From an uncultured archaeon (lineage in GTDB: Archaea; Asgardarchaeota; Hermodarchaeia; Hermodarchaeales; Hermodarchaeaceae): a DNA stretch of 64,000 nt. Shown here piece after piece: positions 44,286 to 53,821 of the stretch. The notes beneath the pieces are model-generated. The model was not told the DNA's origin. It made no database searches and saw only the letters and a program-made list of their open reading frames with translations. The DNA lies in NCBI GenBank assembly GCA_964347045.1, contig CAYFXC010000003.1, positions 51,669 to 115,668 on the forward strand, written 5' to 3'. The position numbers were made by a program, and so were the translations under genes. Each line of letters begins with the position of its first letter. Position 1 is the stretch's first letter.

Positions 44286-46682
44286 ATGCCTGAATTAACA
44301 CCAAACCAACTTCGCGCCAGATGTAAATCAAAGGACTTTGAATGCAAAACGAGTGCTGAGCTATCTCTCCTAGAAGGGGTCGTGGGTCAACCACGGGCTC
44401 TAAACGCGCTAAAATTTGGTTTAGAGATTCCCGATAAAGGTTTTAACATTTATGTGGCTGGAAGCCCAGGCACAGGTCGACACACGGCGACGAAACGGTA
44501 CCTTGAAGAACTTAAGGCTCAACTGCGTGAAGTCCCTTCAGATTGGTGTTATGTGACCAATTATAAGAATCAGTTCAGACCGAAAGCCTTGGAGTTTCCT
44601 GCCGGAATGGGGAAGGTGTTTGTTGCGAAGATTGATCAATTTATCGAGGCGGCGCGAACATCGATTCAACGAATGTTGGAAAGCGAAGAATACGCTCAGC
44701 AGCGTGAAGAACTTACTCGTTCGTTTGAAACTCAACGAGATGAATTAACTGAAGAGATGCGTGGAAAAGCTCAAGATGCTGGCTTTATGTTGCAAGGAAC
44801 ACAGACGGGATTGCTGATGGTGCCAGTAATTCAAGGAAAACCGATTGGACCTGATATGATTCCTAAGTTGAAGCCCGAAGTTCGGAAGGAAATTGAAGCT
44901 AAACGGAACGCCCTTGAAACTGAGCTTCGTTCGGCTTTTCGAAAATTACGCCAGCTCGAACGAGATTTATTTGAACAGCTTCGTCAAATGGAAGAAAAGG
45001 CTGTGCGCTTTACACTTGAACCATTAATCAACGAAATTGAAGAAGAATTCACTGGCAATGAAAAATCCGTGAGCTGGATTAACGAATTAGCTGATGATAT
45101 GATTGAAAATTTGAATCAATTCATTGGGCGACAACCTCAAGGGATGCCTCCTGAGCTTCTGATGCGCATGCCCTCACCTGAAGATTTTGCCAATCGCTAT
45201 AAAGTCAATCTAATTGTGGATAACTCAGAAATAGAAGGTGCTCCGGTAGTTACTGTAACTAATGCTGCGTATAATCGTCTCTTTGGGTTAATTGAAAAAG
45301 AGCCCCGATTTGGTGCGTTGGTAACAGATACTACTATGATTCGTGGAGGTTATTTACATCAGGCAAATGGTGGTTATATTGTAATTCCGGTTCGTGAACT
45401 TCTAATGGCACCTGCATCATATCAGGCATTGAAACGGGCTTTACAAAATGATCAGATTGTCATTGAGGAAGCCTCAGAAGCAATGGGGTTTCTTACTGTG
45501 AAAACATTACATCCTGAGCCAATACCACTGAAAATAAAGGTAGTTTTGATTGGTGAGCCACTGTGGTATCAGCAATTGTATCAGTTAGATCCTGATTTTC
45601 GTGAATTGTTCAAAGTTAAAGCAGATTTTGATACATCCATGGAACGCAATGAACAAACTGTCAAAATCTATGGAGACTTTGTTTGTACACTCACTGAAAA
45701 AGAAAATCTTTTGTCGCTTGATGCTGAAGCGATTGCGGAAGTAGTCGATTTCAGTTCAAGACTAGCGGATGATCAAAATAAACTGTCAACCCGTTTTGAT
45801 ATTGTCGCAGACATTATCCGCGAAGCAAACTTCTATGCAAAGAAATCTGGGAAAAATACAATTGGTTTATCGTATATCAAAAAGACCGTGGATGAACGGT
45901 TCTTCCGCTCGAGTTTGTATGCTGAGAAAGTTCGTGAATATATCAAGAAAGGTGTCATTTTAATAGACACAAAGGGTGAAAAAGTCGGGCAAATCAATGG
46001 CTTGTCCGTGCTTTCTCTAGGAGATTTTAGTTTTGGGCAACCTTCGCGTATCACTGCTACAGTCGCACCGGGGCGGGGACAAGTCATAGATATTGAACGT
46101 GAAGCACAACTCAGTGGACCAATCCAAATTAAAGGGGTGCAAATCCTCACAGGATTTCTTCATGAAGTATTTGGCCAAGACAAACCCTTGAGCCTTTTAG
46201 CTCGTATTACCTTCGAACAAAGTTATGGTGGAGTTGATGGTGACAGTGCAAGTAGCACTGAGTTATATGCCATGCTCTCGGCGTTATCCGATGTTCCGAT
46301 TCAACAACGATTTGCTGTCACGGGTTCAGTCAACCAACATGGACACGTCCAAGCAATCGGTGGAGTAAATCAGAAAATTGAGGGCTATTTTGCTGTTTGT
46401 AAGGAAATGGGCTTAACTGGTGACCAAGGAGTGTTGGTTCCTGAATCAAACGTACAAAATCTCATGTTGAAAGATGAAGTGATTGAGGCTGTACAAGCTG
46501 CTAAGTTTCACATCTACTCGGTGAGAACCATCGAGGAAGGAATTGAATTGCTCACAGGTGTTCCTGCGGGTAAAACGCAAGCAGATGGAGCCTATCCTGA
46601 GAATTCGATATTCGGGCGTGTCGATAAACGGTTACAGGAAATGGCCAATATCATGCGAGAACATAATCGTCCCGCTAACTAA
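44286..46682 (+). CDS. Lon-related protease (COG1067 / LonC-like) with degenerate AAA motifs
   Basis: The C-terminal S16 domain has the Ser context GDSASS and the Lys context GGVNQKIEG. The Walker A-like motif GSPGTGRHT has Arg in place of Lys. The Walker B position reads IVIPVRE. There is a long helical insertion. Confidence 0.8.
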   Translation: MPELTPNQLRARCKSKDFECKTSAELSLLEGVVGQPRALNALKFGLEIPDKGFNIYVAGSPGTGRHTATKRYLEELKAQLREVPSDWCYVTNYKNQFRPKALEFPAGMGKVFVAKIDQFIEAARTSIQRMLESEEYAQQREELTRSFETQRDELTEEMRGKAQDAGFMLQGTQTGLLMVPVIQGKPIGPDMIPKLKPEVRKEIEAKRNALETELRSAFRKLRQLERDLFEQLRQMEEKAVRFTLEPLINEIEEEFTGNEKSVSWINELADDMIENLNQFIGRQPQGMPPELLMRMPSPEDFANRYKVNLIVDNSEIEGAPVVTVTNAAYNRLFGLIEKEPRFGALVTDTTMIRGGYLHQANGGYIVIPVRELLMAPASYQALKRALQNDQIVIEEASEAMGFLTVKTLHPEPIPLKIKVVLIGEPLWYQQLYQLDPDFRELFKVKADFDTSMERNEQTVKIYGDFVCTLTEKENLLSLDAEAIAEVVDFSSRLADDQNKLSTRFDIVADIIREANFYAKKSGKNTIGLSYIKKTVDERFFRSSLYAEKVREYIKKGVILIDTKGEKVGQINGLSVLSLGDFSFGQPSRITATVAPGRGQVIDIEREAQLSGPIQIKGVQILTGFLHEVFGQDKPLSLLARITFEQSYGGVDGDSASSTELYAMLSALSDVPIQQRFAVTGSVNQHGHVQAIGGVNQKIEGYFAVCKEMGLTGDQGVLVPESNVQNLMLKDEVIEAVQAAKFHIYSVRTIEEGIELLTGVPAGKTQADGAYPENSIFGRVDKRLQEMANIMREHNRPAN

Positions 46683-46741
46683 TCGTCGTATCGCAATTCA
46701 CTTTTAAGCAACATCCACACAAGCCCTTTTAGGGAAGCCGG

Positions 46742-49615
46742 ATGTCTTCCAGCGGAGAGACTCAACTTGCACCAAAGACCATTCTCAACCCACACAGTCA
46801 GTCAGTCTCCAAAATAGCTCAACAACTGAACACCGATTTAAATCATGGACTTATGAGTGGTGAAGCACAAAGACGTTTAGAGTTCTTTGGACCAAATCAG
46901 CTCCCCAAGATTCGAGGTTCCTTTTGGCGTGTATACCTCGCTCCAATTCTTAATGGTTTAATCCTCATCTATTTGGTTGTAATTGTTATCTTATCTGCCA
47001 TTGTCATCTTCTTTAACACACCAGGAACCTCCAATGTAATAATCTGGATCATTATCATCGCCTTTAACGCATTCTTAGCCATTATTCAACAATTTCGGGC
47101 GCAGAAGAAATTGGAAGCGCTCCATTCGTTGACGACTGATACAACAATGGTTATACGAGAAGGAATAAAGAGTGAAATTCCTGCGCACACGGTTGTTCCT
47201 GGCGATATAGTCGTATTAGCACAAGGTGACCGAATACCTGCAGATGGACGGCTTTTAGAAGCAAATCAACTCACCTCTGTGGAAGCCTCACTAACTGGTG
47301 AAAGTGCCCCTGTCACAAAAATTGTTTCACATTCCCCCTTAGAATTAGAAACACCACTACATGAACGCTATAATATGGTTTATAGTGGGACATATGTAGC
47401 TACAGGTTCAGGTAACTTTGTTGTAACGGGAACGGGGGAAGCAACTGAAATTGGGGAAATAAGTCAAGGTTTGGAAACATTAAACACCGGGGATATTCCA
47501 CTTCGCCGGAAAGTCAACCGCCTAGCAATTTACCTTGGAGCCGCTGCCATTTTTCTAGCTGTGTTAGGTTTTGCTTCATACCTAGTCTTCCCCCGACCTA
47601 TTGATGGTGTCATTCTTACTCCACCTGAAGTTGCTGTTGAAGCAATAATTAACGCGATGACAGTGATGCCGATTAATATCCCTCTCCTTACCACTATTGT
47701 CTTACTCACAGGGGTATTAGCCATGGCCGGTGTCGGTGTCATTGTTAGTGATCTTTCTGCCGTTGAGAGTTTGGGTCGGGTTAGCATAATCTGTACAGAT
47801 AAAACCGGTACCCTCACCCGCAGCGAGATGATGGTAAGCCTGATCTGGGATTCCTCTCATCTTTTTCAAGTTACCGGCGAAGGCTTTGAACCCAAAGGGG
47901 AGATTTTACTTGTTAGTGATCCTAACTCCAACCCAAATGTTGTATCCGCGTCATCAATTGAAATTGAAGATTATAACCAACTGGCATTATTAATTCGGGC
48001 TGGAGTGCTCAATAATGATGCCCAAATCGTGCAAGAAGAAGCAACGGAAGGTGGAACATTACAATGGCGGGCTATAGGTGATCCAACTGAGGCGGCTCTC
48101 CTCGTCTTACTCAATAAGAGCGGCATTGACGAAAGTTCCTTACGGGCCGCATACACCTTCAAACAAGATTATCCCTTCGATTCTCGGCTCAAACGAATGA
48201 CACGGATATTTTCTCATCCAGAAGGTGGATACATTGCCTTCATTAAAGGAGCGACTGATATTTTGCTTTCGCGATGTAAACAAATAGGCGATGATCGGAA
48301 AGCTCAGCGGCTCACTAAGAAACAAGCCAAAGAAATTGAGCGTTATGCCAATAAATTTGCCGCTGGGGGTTATCGCGTTCTTTCCTTTGCCATCCGACGA
48401 TTTAATCAGTTGCCTAAAGGTCGAGGACAAGCCCTCAGAAAGAATATCGAGAAGAATCTGACATTTGTGGGGTTTGTATGTATTGTAGATCCACCTCGTG
48501 AAGGGGTTCGTGAAGCAGTCGTTGAGGTGTCCAATGCAGGCGTTAAAACTGTCATGATCACTGGTGATGCTGCAGCGACCGCGGAAACTATTGGCCGACA
48601 ACTAGCAATCGTTGGAAAAGATGATCTTGTTATCGAAGGCAAAGATGCTACTAATGTATCTGATGAAAAATTCGATCGAGTAAGCGTTTTTGCACGAGTT
48701 GATCCAGAAGATAAGCAAATTATTGTTGAACGCTACAAGAAAGCAAAACGTGCTGTCGCTGTTACTGGCGATGGCGTTAACGACGCGCTCGCTTTAAGCA
48801 TGAGTGATGTTGGAATTGCCATGGGAATCACTGGTACAGATGTGGCAAAAGAAGCATCAGACATGATCATCGCTGATGATAGCTATAATTCAATCGTGGA
48901 CGGCGTTCGTCAGGGTCGAGGGCTCTTCAGCAAGATTCGGGTGATGATCTTTTTCTATATTTGTATTAATGTTGGTGAATCTATTCTTTTCTTTGGAACA
49001 TTTCTCCTAGGAATCCCCTTCCTTACACCAACTCAACACATCTTTTTGACTATCTCTAGCCACACATGGCCTGGTCTTGCTTTAGTGTTTGATCGTACGG
49101 CAAAATATATCATGGAGGAAAAGCCCCGTGACACTGAATCCATTATCACAAAACGAATTGGATATTATCTGCTCCTAAATGCGCTACTCATTTTCATTGG
49201 TGCAGCAAGTGCATTCTATTTCACCTTTAGTTCCTTGCTTCTCGGAAGCACCTTTCTTGAGCCATATAGTCCAGAGGCTTTTTACAAAAGCCTTACAATG
49301 ACTATAGCTGTTCTCCTCTTTGCAGAATCCCTGATGATTTTAAGCATTCGCCGAATTAACCAATCCTTATGGCGTTCAATTCGCTTTGAAAGCTTTTGGC
49401 TTATTTATATCCTGATCGGACTTGTCTTTCTCATGTTTGCGGGGTTGATGTATATCCCCGAAGTCAATATCTTCCTAGCATCTCTGGGTATCGATTTTCA
49501 ATTCATACCATTAGCTCCCATCGACTGGCTTGTTACGTTCCTTCTTGCATCGCCAGCAATCTTCGGTATGGAAGCTGTAAAATGGGTTTGCCGTAAACGA
49601 GGTATCATTTTCTAA
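46742..49615 (+). CDS. P-type cation-transporting ATPase (type II-like, Ca2+/cation)
   Basis: It has TGES, ICTDKTGTLT, KGA, DPPR, MITGD and VTGDGVNDALAL, with about 10 TM segments. Confidence 0.9.
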   Translation: MSSSGETQLAPKTILNPHSQSVSKIAQQLNTDLNHGLMSGEAQRRLEFFGPNQLPKIRGSFWRVYLAPILNGLILIYLVVIVILSAIVIFFNTPGTSNVIIWIIIIAFNAFLAIIQQFRAQKKLEALHSLTTDTTMVIREGIKSEIPAHTVVPGDIVVLAQGDRIPADGRLLEANQLTSVEASLTGESAPVTKIVSHSPLELETPLHERYNMVYSGTYVATGSGNFVVTGTGEATEIGEISQGLETLNTGDIPLRRKVNRLAIYLGAAAIFLAVLGFASYLVFPRPIDGVILTPPEVAVEAIINAMTVMPINIPLLTTIVLLTGVLAMAGVGVIVSDLSAVESLGRVSIICTDKTGTLTRSEMMVSLIWDSSHLFQVTGEGFEPKGEILLVSDPNSNPNVVSASSIEIEDYNQLALLIRAGVLNNDAQIVQEEATEGGTLQWRAIGDPTEAALLVLLNKSGIDESSLRAAYTFKQDYPFDSRLKRMTRIFSHPEGGYIAFIKGATDILLSRCKQIGDDRKAQRLTKKQAKEIERYANKFAAGGYRVLSFAIRRFNQLPKGRGQALRKNIEKNLTFVGFVCIVDPPREGVREAVVEVSNAGVKTVMITGDAAATAETIGRQLAIVGKDDLVIEGKDATNVSDEKFDRVSVFARVDPEDKQIIVERYKKAKRAVAVTGDGVNDALALSMSDVGIAMGITGTDVAKEASDMIIADDSYNSIVDGVRQGRGLFSKIRVMIFFYICINVGESILFFGTFLLGIPFLTPTQHIFLTISSHTWPGLALVFDRTAKYIMEEKPRDTESIITKRIGYYLLLNALLIFIGAASAFYFTFSSLLLGSTFLEPYSPEAFYKSLTMTIAVLLFAESLMILSIRRINQSLWRSIRFESFWLIYILIGLVFLMFAGLMYIPEVNIFLASLGIDFQFIPLAPIDWLVTFLLASPAIFGMEAVKWVCRKRGIIF

Positions 49616-49690
49616 GAATTGATACCCTTAACACAAACTTTTTTTTCTCTCATACTTGTACACCAAGAACAATTTCAAGGTGAACATATT

Positions 49691-50803
49691 ATGGTTGATG
49701 AGCGCATTTCTCGGCTAGCTCAACTTACTGTTGAATATTCTCTCGACGTCAAAAAGGGTGATTTGGTTGGTGTCAGTGCACCCGCATTCGCTGAGCCTCT
49801 GGTCGTTGAATTAACCAGAGAAATCATGAAAGCTGGAGGGCATCCTTTTACTCGTATTTATCTTCCGCGTTCTCAAGAAATCTTCTACAGATATGCCCAA
49901 GACCACCAACTCGACTATCTTAACCCACTCCTTCTTGACATGGTTGATAAGCTTGACAACTACATCGTCATCTTCTCATCTGATAACCGGAAAGCCATGA
50001 CTAATGTGGATCCAGCTAAACAAGCTCGTGTTGCCAAAGCGCAAACTGAACTCAATAAAAGATTCACAGCTCGACTTAAACAGGGTTGGTATGCTCTAAT
50101 CCCTTATCCTTCAGCAAGCCTCGCGCAAGAAGGCAACATGGGAACTGAAGAATACGAAGATTTTGTTTATAGTGCTTGTCTAGTTGACAAACCCAACCCT
50201 GTCAAACTCTGGAAACAAATTAGTAACAAACAAGCGAAAATTACGGCGTATCTGAATTCAAAAAATATCCTCCGTGTTATAGGCGACGATATCGACTTGA
50301 CAGCGAAAATCACTGGCCGAAACTGGGTCAATGCAGACGGACACATGAATATGCCTGATGGCGAGATTTTTACAACGCCTCTTGAAGACAGTGTTGAGGG
50401 AACGATTCGCTTTTCCTATCCTGGTATCTTTATGGGTAAGGAAGTTGAAGATATCTCATTAACTTTTAAGAAAGGCGTGGTAGCAAAAGCTACTGCTGAA
50501 AAAGGGCAAGATCTCCTTAATCATATTCTTGGGATTGACGAAGGTGCAAAGCGATTAGGAGAGTTCGCGATCGGAACGAATCCTGGTATAACGAAATTTA
50601 CAAAAAACATATTGTTTGACGAGAAACTAACGGGAACCATTCACTGTGCTCTCGGAAACGCATTCGAAGAAAGTGGAGGGAAAAACGAATCAGCGATACA
50701 CTGGGATATTCTCGCGGATATGTCTAAGGGAGGAAAAATCTTCGCAGATGATGAACTATTCTATAAGAATGGCAAGTTTTTGATGAAAGTAATTGATCAA
50801 TGA
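49691..50803 (+). CDS. M29-family aminopeptidase (AmpS/PepS/aminopeptidase T-like)
   Basis: It has GEFAIGTNPGI, ILFDEKLTGTIHCALG and HWDI motifs. I prefer the ATG at 49691. Confidence 0.8.
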   Translation: MVDERISRLAQLTVEYSLDVKKGDLVGVSAPAFAEPLVVELTREIMKAGGHPFTRIYLPRSQEIFYRYAQDHQLDYLNPLLLDMVDKLDNYIVIFSSDNRKAMTNVDPAKQARVAKAQTELNKRFTARLKQGWYALIPYPSASLAQEGNMGTEEYEDFVYSACLVDKPNPVKLWKQISNKQAKITAYLNSKNILRVIGDDIDLTAKITGRNWVNADGHMNMPDGEIFTTPLEDSVEGTIRFSYPGIFMGKEVEDISLTFKKGVVAKATAEKGQDLLNHILGIDEGAKRLGEFAIGTNPGITKFTKNILFDEKLTGTIHCALGNAFEESGGKNESAIHWDILADMSKGGKIFADDELFYKNGKFLMKVIDQ

Positions 50804-50816
50804 TATCCCCTGGCTC

Positions 50817-51047
50817 TCACTTTGTCGGCACAGACTCCATCTTGAAAATAACTTTGCAGCCTTTCAATGTGGCGTGGACTTGGTTAGCCACTTCAACCAT
50901 GTCCTGTACAGAACCATTTTCATCCCACTCGATAACGAAATCATAGTTGCCAGCGACAGGTTGAAATCCCATACGCATTAATCGTTCTGCAACTTCGCTA
51001 GGAGCAGCCCCCTCGCTACTCACATAGATTGTTAGGTAACTTCTCAT
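50817..51047 (-). CDS. Hypothetical small protein
   Basis: This is a 76-aa ORF with no recognisable family. Confidence 0.35.
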   Translation of the reverse strand: MRSYLTIYVSSEGAAPSEVAERLMRMGFQPVAGNYDFVIEWDENGSVQDMVEVANQVHATLKGCKVIFKMESVPTK

Positions 51048-51199
51048 GATTTTAAAGCCTCCAAAGTTATGTGAATCCTGTACGTAGGCTTTTTATTCCT
51101 ACTCAATGCGGCATCATCTTTGAACATAATGTATTGTGACGGAAAATCCGAAGGCTATATGTACACAAACCATGGCAAACCTTTGTTTGGGCGACTCTA

Positions 51200-51772
51200 A
51201 TGTCACATAAGCCACGTCTTCCCCCCGGTCAACGTTGGATCACAGGGTTCCCCGTTCGTAATGTAGAACGGATGCCAGATTCCTTTGACCCGAACACTTG
51301 GACTCTGACTGTGGATGGCAAGATTGAAAAACCCCACATCTTTTCCTATGAAGAACTCCGTGCATTGCCAGTATCCACTCAAATAAGTGATTTCCATTGC
51401 GTTGAAGGGTGGTCGGTGCCTGACAACAAATGGGAAGGTGTTCTCTTTAAGGAAATTGCTAAACATGTAAAACCCAAACTCTCTGCAAGATTTGTTTTAT
51501 TTCATGCTGAGCATGAATATTCCTCTGCCATTGCCCTTGATGTTGCCATGGAAAATGATGTCATCTTAGCCTGGAATCGTAATGATGAACCGCTCCGCAT
51601 TGAAGATGGCGGGCCTCTCCGTCTTATAGTTCCAAGATTGTATGCTTGGAAAAGCGTCAAATGGGTTCGTCGCATTGCCTTTCTCGAGGAAGTAGAACTT
51701 GGCTTTTGGGAAAAGCGCGGATATCACCAGGATGCAGATCCCTGGCTCAACCAGCGATTTGCCGAAAGCTAG
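51200..51772 (+). CDS. Molybdopterin-binding oxidoreductase domain protein (sulfite oxidase / YedY-MsrP family)
   Basis: It has FHCVEGWS and the surrounding fold pattern. Confidence 0.75.
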   Translation: MSHKPRLPPGQRWITGFPVRNVERMPDSFDPNTWTLTVDGKIEKPHIFSYEELRALPVSTQISDFHCVEGWSVPDNKWEGVLFKEIAKHVKPKLSARFVLFHAEHEYSSAIALDVAMENDVILAWNRNDEPLRIEDGGPLRLIVPRLYAWKSVKWVRRIAFLEEVELGFWEKRGYHQDADPWLNQRFAES

Positions 51773-51795
51773 GAGGTTTTTTTTAAAAAAAGAGG

Positions 51796-51817
51796 TTAAG
51801 GCCCTTGCGGGCCTTAA
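51796..51817 (+). terminator. Perfect 9-bp stem-loop after the molybdoenzyme gene
   Basis: TTAAGGCCC-ttgc-GGGCCTTAA is preceded by a T8/A7 tract. Two further hairpins follow (GAAGAGA..TCTCTTC and GATCCG..CGGATC). Confidence 0.45.
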
Positions 51818-52096
51818 GGACTGGGACGAAGAGAAGTTTATCTCTTCATGATCCGTTGCGGATCTGGGAGAGCTCAAACACTTCTTGTGGTGGATTTGAG
51901 TATAAGGTTAGGTACTTCAATGGTATGTGTCTACATATCACCTACTTCTAGGTCTGCATATTATGGGGGCATTTAAAGAAAAAGTCTACAAAGCGGGTTG
52001 TTAGTTGCAAAAGCTTTTGATGAGGATTATCTGTCCAGATGCTAGATGAATTGTTAGGCACCAAGAATTTATGGTCGTATGCTGGTGTTAGTGTTT

Positions 52097-52795
52097 ATGG
52101 CTGCGAAAACCGTTCGGAAAGTTTTAGATGATTTCTACTGGATTGTTGCACGTGAAGGTATGTTGCCCGATAGCAACATATTCCTGGTTAAACATGGAAA
52201 CTATTTTGTGCTATTTGATGCGGGCATTCATCATTTTTTCAATGACACAGTCGCCGCGATTAACGAATTAGGATTGGAGCTAAAGCAAATGGATCGATTA
52301 ATACTGACCCATACGCATTTAGATCATTCAGGGTCAACTCCTGAGTTTAAGGGTCGATTAAAAGATCTTGAAGTTTGGGTATCGGAAGAAGAAGGAGTTC
52401 TTCTGGAGCAAGGTGACGACACTATTGTTTTGGGAAACATGTTAGGGCAACAATTACCACCCATACCTGTGGCGAAAAAGCTCCACGACGGAGATGTCAT
52501 CGAAGTGGGTCCCTATTCCTTTCAAGTTTTGTTGACGCCCGGTCATAGTGCGGGAAGTCTGTGTTTCTTCGAACCTAAGCATCAATTGCTGATTTCTGGA
52601 GATGTGGTTTTTCGCCATGGATCCTTTGGGCGTGTTGACTTTCCAACAGGGAATGGTACTGTTTTGAAGCAATCTATTGAACGATTAGCAGCCCTCCCTG
52701 TTGAAATGTTACTCCCTGGACATATGGGGATTGCTTTGAAAGACGGACAGCGAGAAATCAAGTTATCCCTTCAATTTGCCCGACAAGTACTCTAG
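52097..52795 (+). CDS. Metallo-beta-lactamase-fold hydrolase (glyoxalase II-like)
   Basis: It has the THTHLDHSG motif and TPGHS. The start is uncertain (52079 or 52097). Confidence 0.75.
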   Translation: MAAKTVRKVLDDFYWIVAREGMLPDSNIFLVKHGNYFVLFDAGIHHFFNDTVAAINELGLELKQMDRLILTHTHLDHSGSTPEFKGRLKDLEVWVSEEEGVLLEQGDDTIVLGNMLGQQLPPIPVAKKLHDGDVIEVGPYSFQVLLTPGHSAGSLCFFEPKHQLLISGDVVFRHGSFGRVDFPTGNGTVLKQSIERLAALPVEMLLPGHMGIALKDGQREIKLSLQFARQVL

Positions 52796-52855
52796 CTAAA
52801 TTCTGATAGAATGAGGCGAGGACTTAAGTGAGAATGAAAGGTGTAACCGGATAGT

Positions 52856-53653
52856 ATGGTGCTTGAGATAGGAAAAAACCGCAGTCGGATAGTCGCTTAC
52901 TTAGCAGTATTCATGGCCTTAGTTACAGTTTTTGATGCCATTCCTATGCTTCCAGGGTTCTACGGTGGCATCTGGGACTCTTGGGTTTTTTTGCTCGCAC
53001 CAATTATTGGAGCTTTGCTTGGTCCGCTTATTGGTATGATAGCAGTGGGATTGGGAAGTTTACTTGGTCATATGATTTACTTCCGAGACCCTTTCGAGCT
53101 TCTTTTCATGCTGGGTGCAGTTGTAGGAACAGCTAGTGCTGCGCTCATTTTTCAACGCCGCTGGAAGCCTGTCCTAATCTTTTACACAATACTACTCGGT
53201 GGATACTTTCTTTATCCTGTAACCTGGATGCTTCCTCTCATCGGAATCTGGGACATTCTTCTGGCGTATGTCTTACTCCTGCTTTTTTCGGTGTTAATAA
53301 GCAATCAGTGGTGGCCCACAGATCAATGGAAAGATATTTGGCTCCTGTTAATGTTTGCCACAGTTATTGGGCTCGAAGCAGACATTCTTTTCCGTGTTTT
53401 TATTCTCGTTCCAGGACAAACTTATTGGCTTTTTTATGGATTGACGCTCGACGCTCTCTACTGGATGTGGCTCACCGCAGGAATAATTACGCCTACTAAA
53501 GTTGCTCTGGGTACACTATTTACAGTCACTATTGGTTATAGTCTTCTTCGTCTTCTTCCACGAACTGAGATTGGTCTGACCGAATATTATGGAACTCTAA
53601 AGACAGCTCCTCCTATTCATGAGGAAGAAAAAACCAATAATAAACGAACATGA
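52856..53653 (+). CDS. Polytopic membrane protein (function unknown)
   Basis: This is a hydrophobic 265-aa ORF. Confidence 0.5.
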   Translation: MVLEIGKNRSRIVAYLAVFMALVTVFDAIPMLPGFYGGIWDSWVFLLAPIIGALLGPLIGMIAVGLGSLLGHMIYFRDPFELLFMLGAVVGTASAALIFQRRWKPVLIFYTILLGGYFLYPVTWMLPLIGIWDILLAYVLLLLFSVLISNQWWPTDQWKDIWLLLMFATVIGLEADILFRVFILVPGQTYWLFYGLTLDALYWMWLTAGIITPTKVALGTLFTVTIGYSLLRLLPRTEIGLTEYYGTLKTAPPIHEEEKTNNKRT

Positions 53654-53821
53654 AAACATGTTTCATCTCAATCAATCCGTAACGATACATAATAGGATTT
53701 CAACGACTATTCTAGCTAATTTCCATGGAACATTATTGTCTATCGTGACCCAGAAGGTTTTTACGGGTAGATTCCTAGCCTGAAGGCAGTCTCAGATTTA
53801 TCGGTATCGAGGTTGACGGAT

